Source: Nitrosomonas sp. (GTDB lineage: Bacteria; Pseudomonadota; Gammaproteobacteria; Burkholderiales; Nitrosomonadaceae). From it: a stretch of 64,000 nt of DNA. Positions 61,632 to 64,000 of the stretch are shown piece after piece. The notes below the pieces were generated by a model. It had not been told where the DNA came from and ran no database searches. It worked only from the letters and a program-made list of their open reading frames with translations. The DNA is taken from the NCBI GenBank assembly GCA_024281695.1, contig JAMXAE010000001.1:1538-65537 (forward strand), written 5' to 3'. The translations under genes were made by a program, and so were the position numbers. Every line of letters starts with the position of its first letter. Position 1 is the stretch's first letter.

Positions 61632-61971
61632 TAGAAATAACAAGCAGATAATATTTATTACTGCACAAACATGGTACATCAAATCATTTGATCCATTGTC
61701 ATATTTCTTATATTTAAAGCTTAATTCAGTAGTATCCAGCAGTTTACCAAGATGATTGTATTAAATGATCTGTAGAATGCAATAGTAGGTTTTTGGGTGT
61801 TATCGATTTGGAAGTATTTTTTGCGAAACTGGAAGTTTCTCATCATGAATTCAGGCGAAATTGGTATTCGCACAACTCATGGAGCATTTACCCCTTCACA
61901 TATTCCGTTGCTGTGTACAATGCTACCCCCCAAATCCTTGTATCAAGCGATTCTACCGAACTACCGAGGTA

Positions 61972-62200
61972 CAGTTAGAACCCAAATAGGGATTGCCATA
62001 TCGGTTTATGTTTTGGTTGACATCGTGAAAAAGAGATTCAATACCGAAGTTTCGCTTTACACAATTCTTCAGATTTTAAGCCTGATTCTTTTCGAGAAAA
62101 TACCTATCGGTCAATTGGTTAAAAATACTGAAGTGCAAATGGATATACCAAAGAGTTATAATCATCTGAATTTATTCAACTAAATTACCGGACACTAATG
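61972..62200 (+). mobile_element. IS4-family transposase 3' remnant with terminal inverted repeat
   Basis: VRTQI.IAISVYVLV.IVKK..SLYTILQILS..LFEK.P..NHLNLFN*, followed by ACCGGACACTAATG. Confidence 0.72.
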
Positions 62201-62232
62201 AATATTTATGAATTATCCGTGCTGAAAACTCT

Positions 62233-62895
62233 ATGAAAATAATTTCCAGAAGAAAATTGATCCAATTAAGCCTGCTCGGCAGCGTGGTCAGTGTACTTGG
62301 CAGCCGCAGTAGTTTTGGGAGAGCATTATCGCTGATGCCTACGCCCGAGGAAATAGAAGGGCCGTTCTATCCGGCAAAAGATCAAAGTGATAAAGATGCC
62401 GATTTAATGCAAATTGAAGGACATACTGGCGTTGCTCACGGCCAATCCATCATTGTCAGCGGACAAGTGCAGGATATTACCGGGCTCCCGATTGCTAATG
62501 CGGTATTAGACATTTGGCAGGCCGATGCCAACGGCAGTTACCGTCATCCGCGTGATCCCAGTCCAGCCAAGCCGGATGCGAATTTTCAAGGTTGGGCGAT
62601 TATCAACAGTGACGAGAATGGCTTCTTCCGCTTTAAAACTGTGATGCCCGGCCCTTATCCAGCCAACGGAACTTGGATTAGACCACCGCATATCCATTTA
62701 AAGATCTCAAAACCAGGTTATCGCGCGCTGACAACTCAGATGTATTTTCCCGATGAAAAGCTTAACAAAACCGATTTATTGCTGAACGTGAAATCCGCAG
62801 TGGAAAGATCCGCGATGATTGCCAAGAATATCGGCCAGCAAGGAAACTTGTCCATTTACGAGTACAATATCGTTCTTGATTTACTTCGCAAATAA
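62233..62895 (+). CDS. Tat-exported intradiol ring-cleavage dioxygenase-like protein (protocatechuate 3,4-dioxygenase family)
   Basis: SRRKLI Tat motif; EGPFYP, DIWQADANGSY, TVMPGPY, RPPHIH, TQMYF. Confidence 0.85.
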   Translation: MKIISRRKLIQLSLLGSVVSVLGSRSSFGRALSLMPTPEEIEGPFYPAKDQSDKDADLMQIEGHTGVAHGQSIIVSGQVQDITGLPIANAVLDIWQADANGSYRHPRDPSPAKPDANFQGWAIINSDENGFFRFKTVMPGPYPANGTWIRPPHIHLKISKPGYRALTTQMYFPDEKLNKTDLLLNVKSAVERSAMIAKNIGQQGNLSIYEYNIVLDLLRK

Positions 62896-63849
<954 letters not shown>

Positions 63850-63889
63850 ATTGAAGAGTAAGCCACCGCCTTATCTTCGATGTTATTGA

Positions 63890-64000
63890 ATGGCTAACGA
63901 CGATTCTAATAAAGACGAAGACGAAATGGCGCTGTTTCAAGCTGCCATGCGCGATGTAGCACCCTTACCCGTCGTTGATAAAGTGATTCATCGAGATTCA
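63890..64000 (+). CDS. Probable Smr/MutS2-domain protein, 5' part
   Basis: MANDDSNKDEDEMALFQAAMRDVAPL resembles an Smr-protein N-terminus; trxB-smr synteny is common in Betaproteobacteria. Confidence 0.6.
   Translation, partial: MANDDSNKDEDEMALFQAAMRDVAPLPVVDKVIHRDS

Noticed and set aside
61797-62183. 128-aa ORF as an intact gene
   Set aside because: Only the C-terminal half matches an IS4 transposase tail; the N-terminal part appears to be unrelated read-through.

Overview
This is a bacterial chromosomal window of moderate GC. Gene content and protein sequences suggest a betaproteobacterium, most likely an ammonia-oxidising Nitrosomonas (inference). Housekeeping genes (typA, cutA-dsbD-tlpA, ttcA, thiolase, hppA-pfp-adk, recA-recX-alaS, ydbH-ynbE-ydbL, trxB) alternate with accessory blocks: (1) a six-gene oxidase cluster (multicopper oxidase, unknown protein, MelC1-like caddie, tyrosinase, LodA/GoxA-type CTQ oxidase, LodB/GoxB flavoprotein; 14.2-21.2 kb); (2) a GC-rich cusCBA efflux operon divergent from zur, a CxxC/RAPP leader and a ZnuD-like receptor; (3) a cyclic-nucleotide signalling locus (CHASE2 cyclase, FecR-TPR-beta-barrel protein, lipoprotein, two unknown paralogs, CRP-like regulator; 31.8-41.3 kb); (4) a decayed hotspot after alaS with REP-like repeats, toxin-antitoxin remnants and pilU/slt fragments; (5) IS3 and IS4 remnants. 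The top finding is three CRP boxes (TGTGA-N6-TCACA type), each exactly 21 nt from a TAnnnT -10 hexamer (class II geometry). They link the signalling locus to the oxidase operon and suggest a surface-sensing cNMP/CRP-controlled oxidase system. Also notable: adk has no canonical start codon and appears to start at ATC. No rRNA, tRNA or CRISPR array was recognised. All calls come from reading the sequence by eye, with no database searches.
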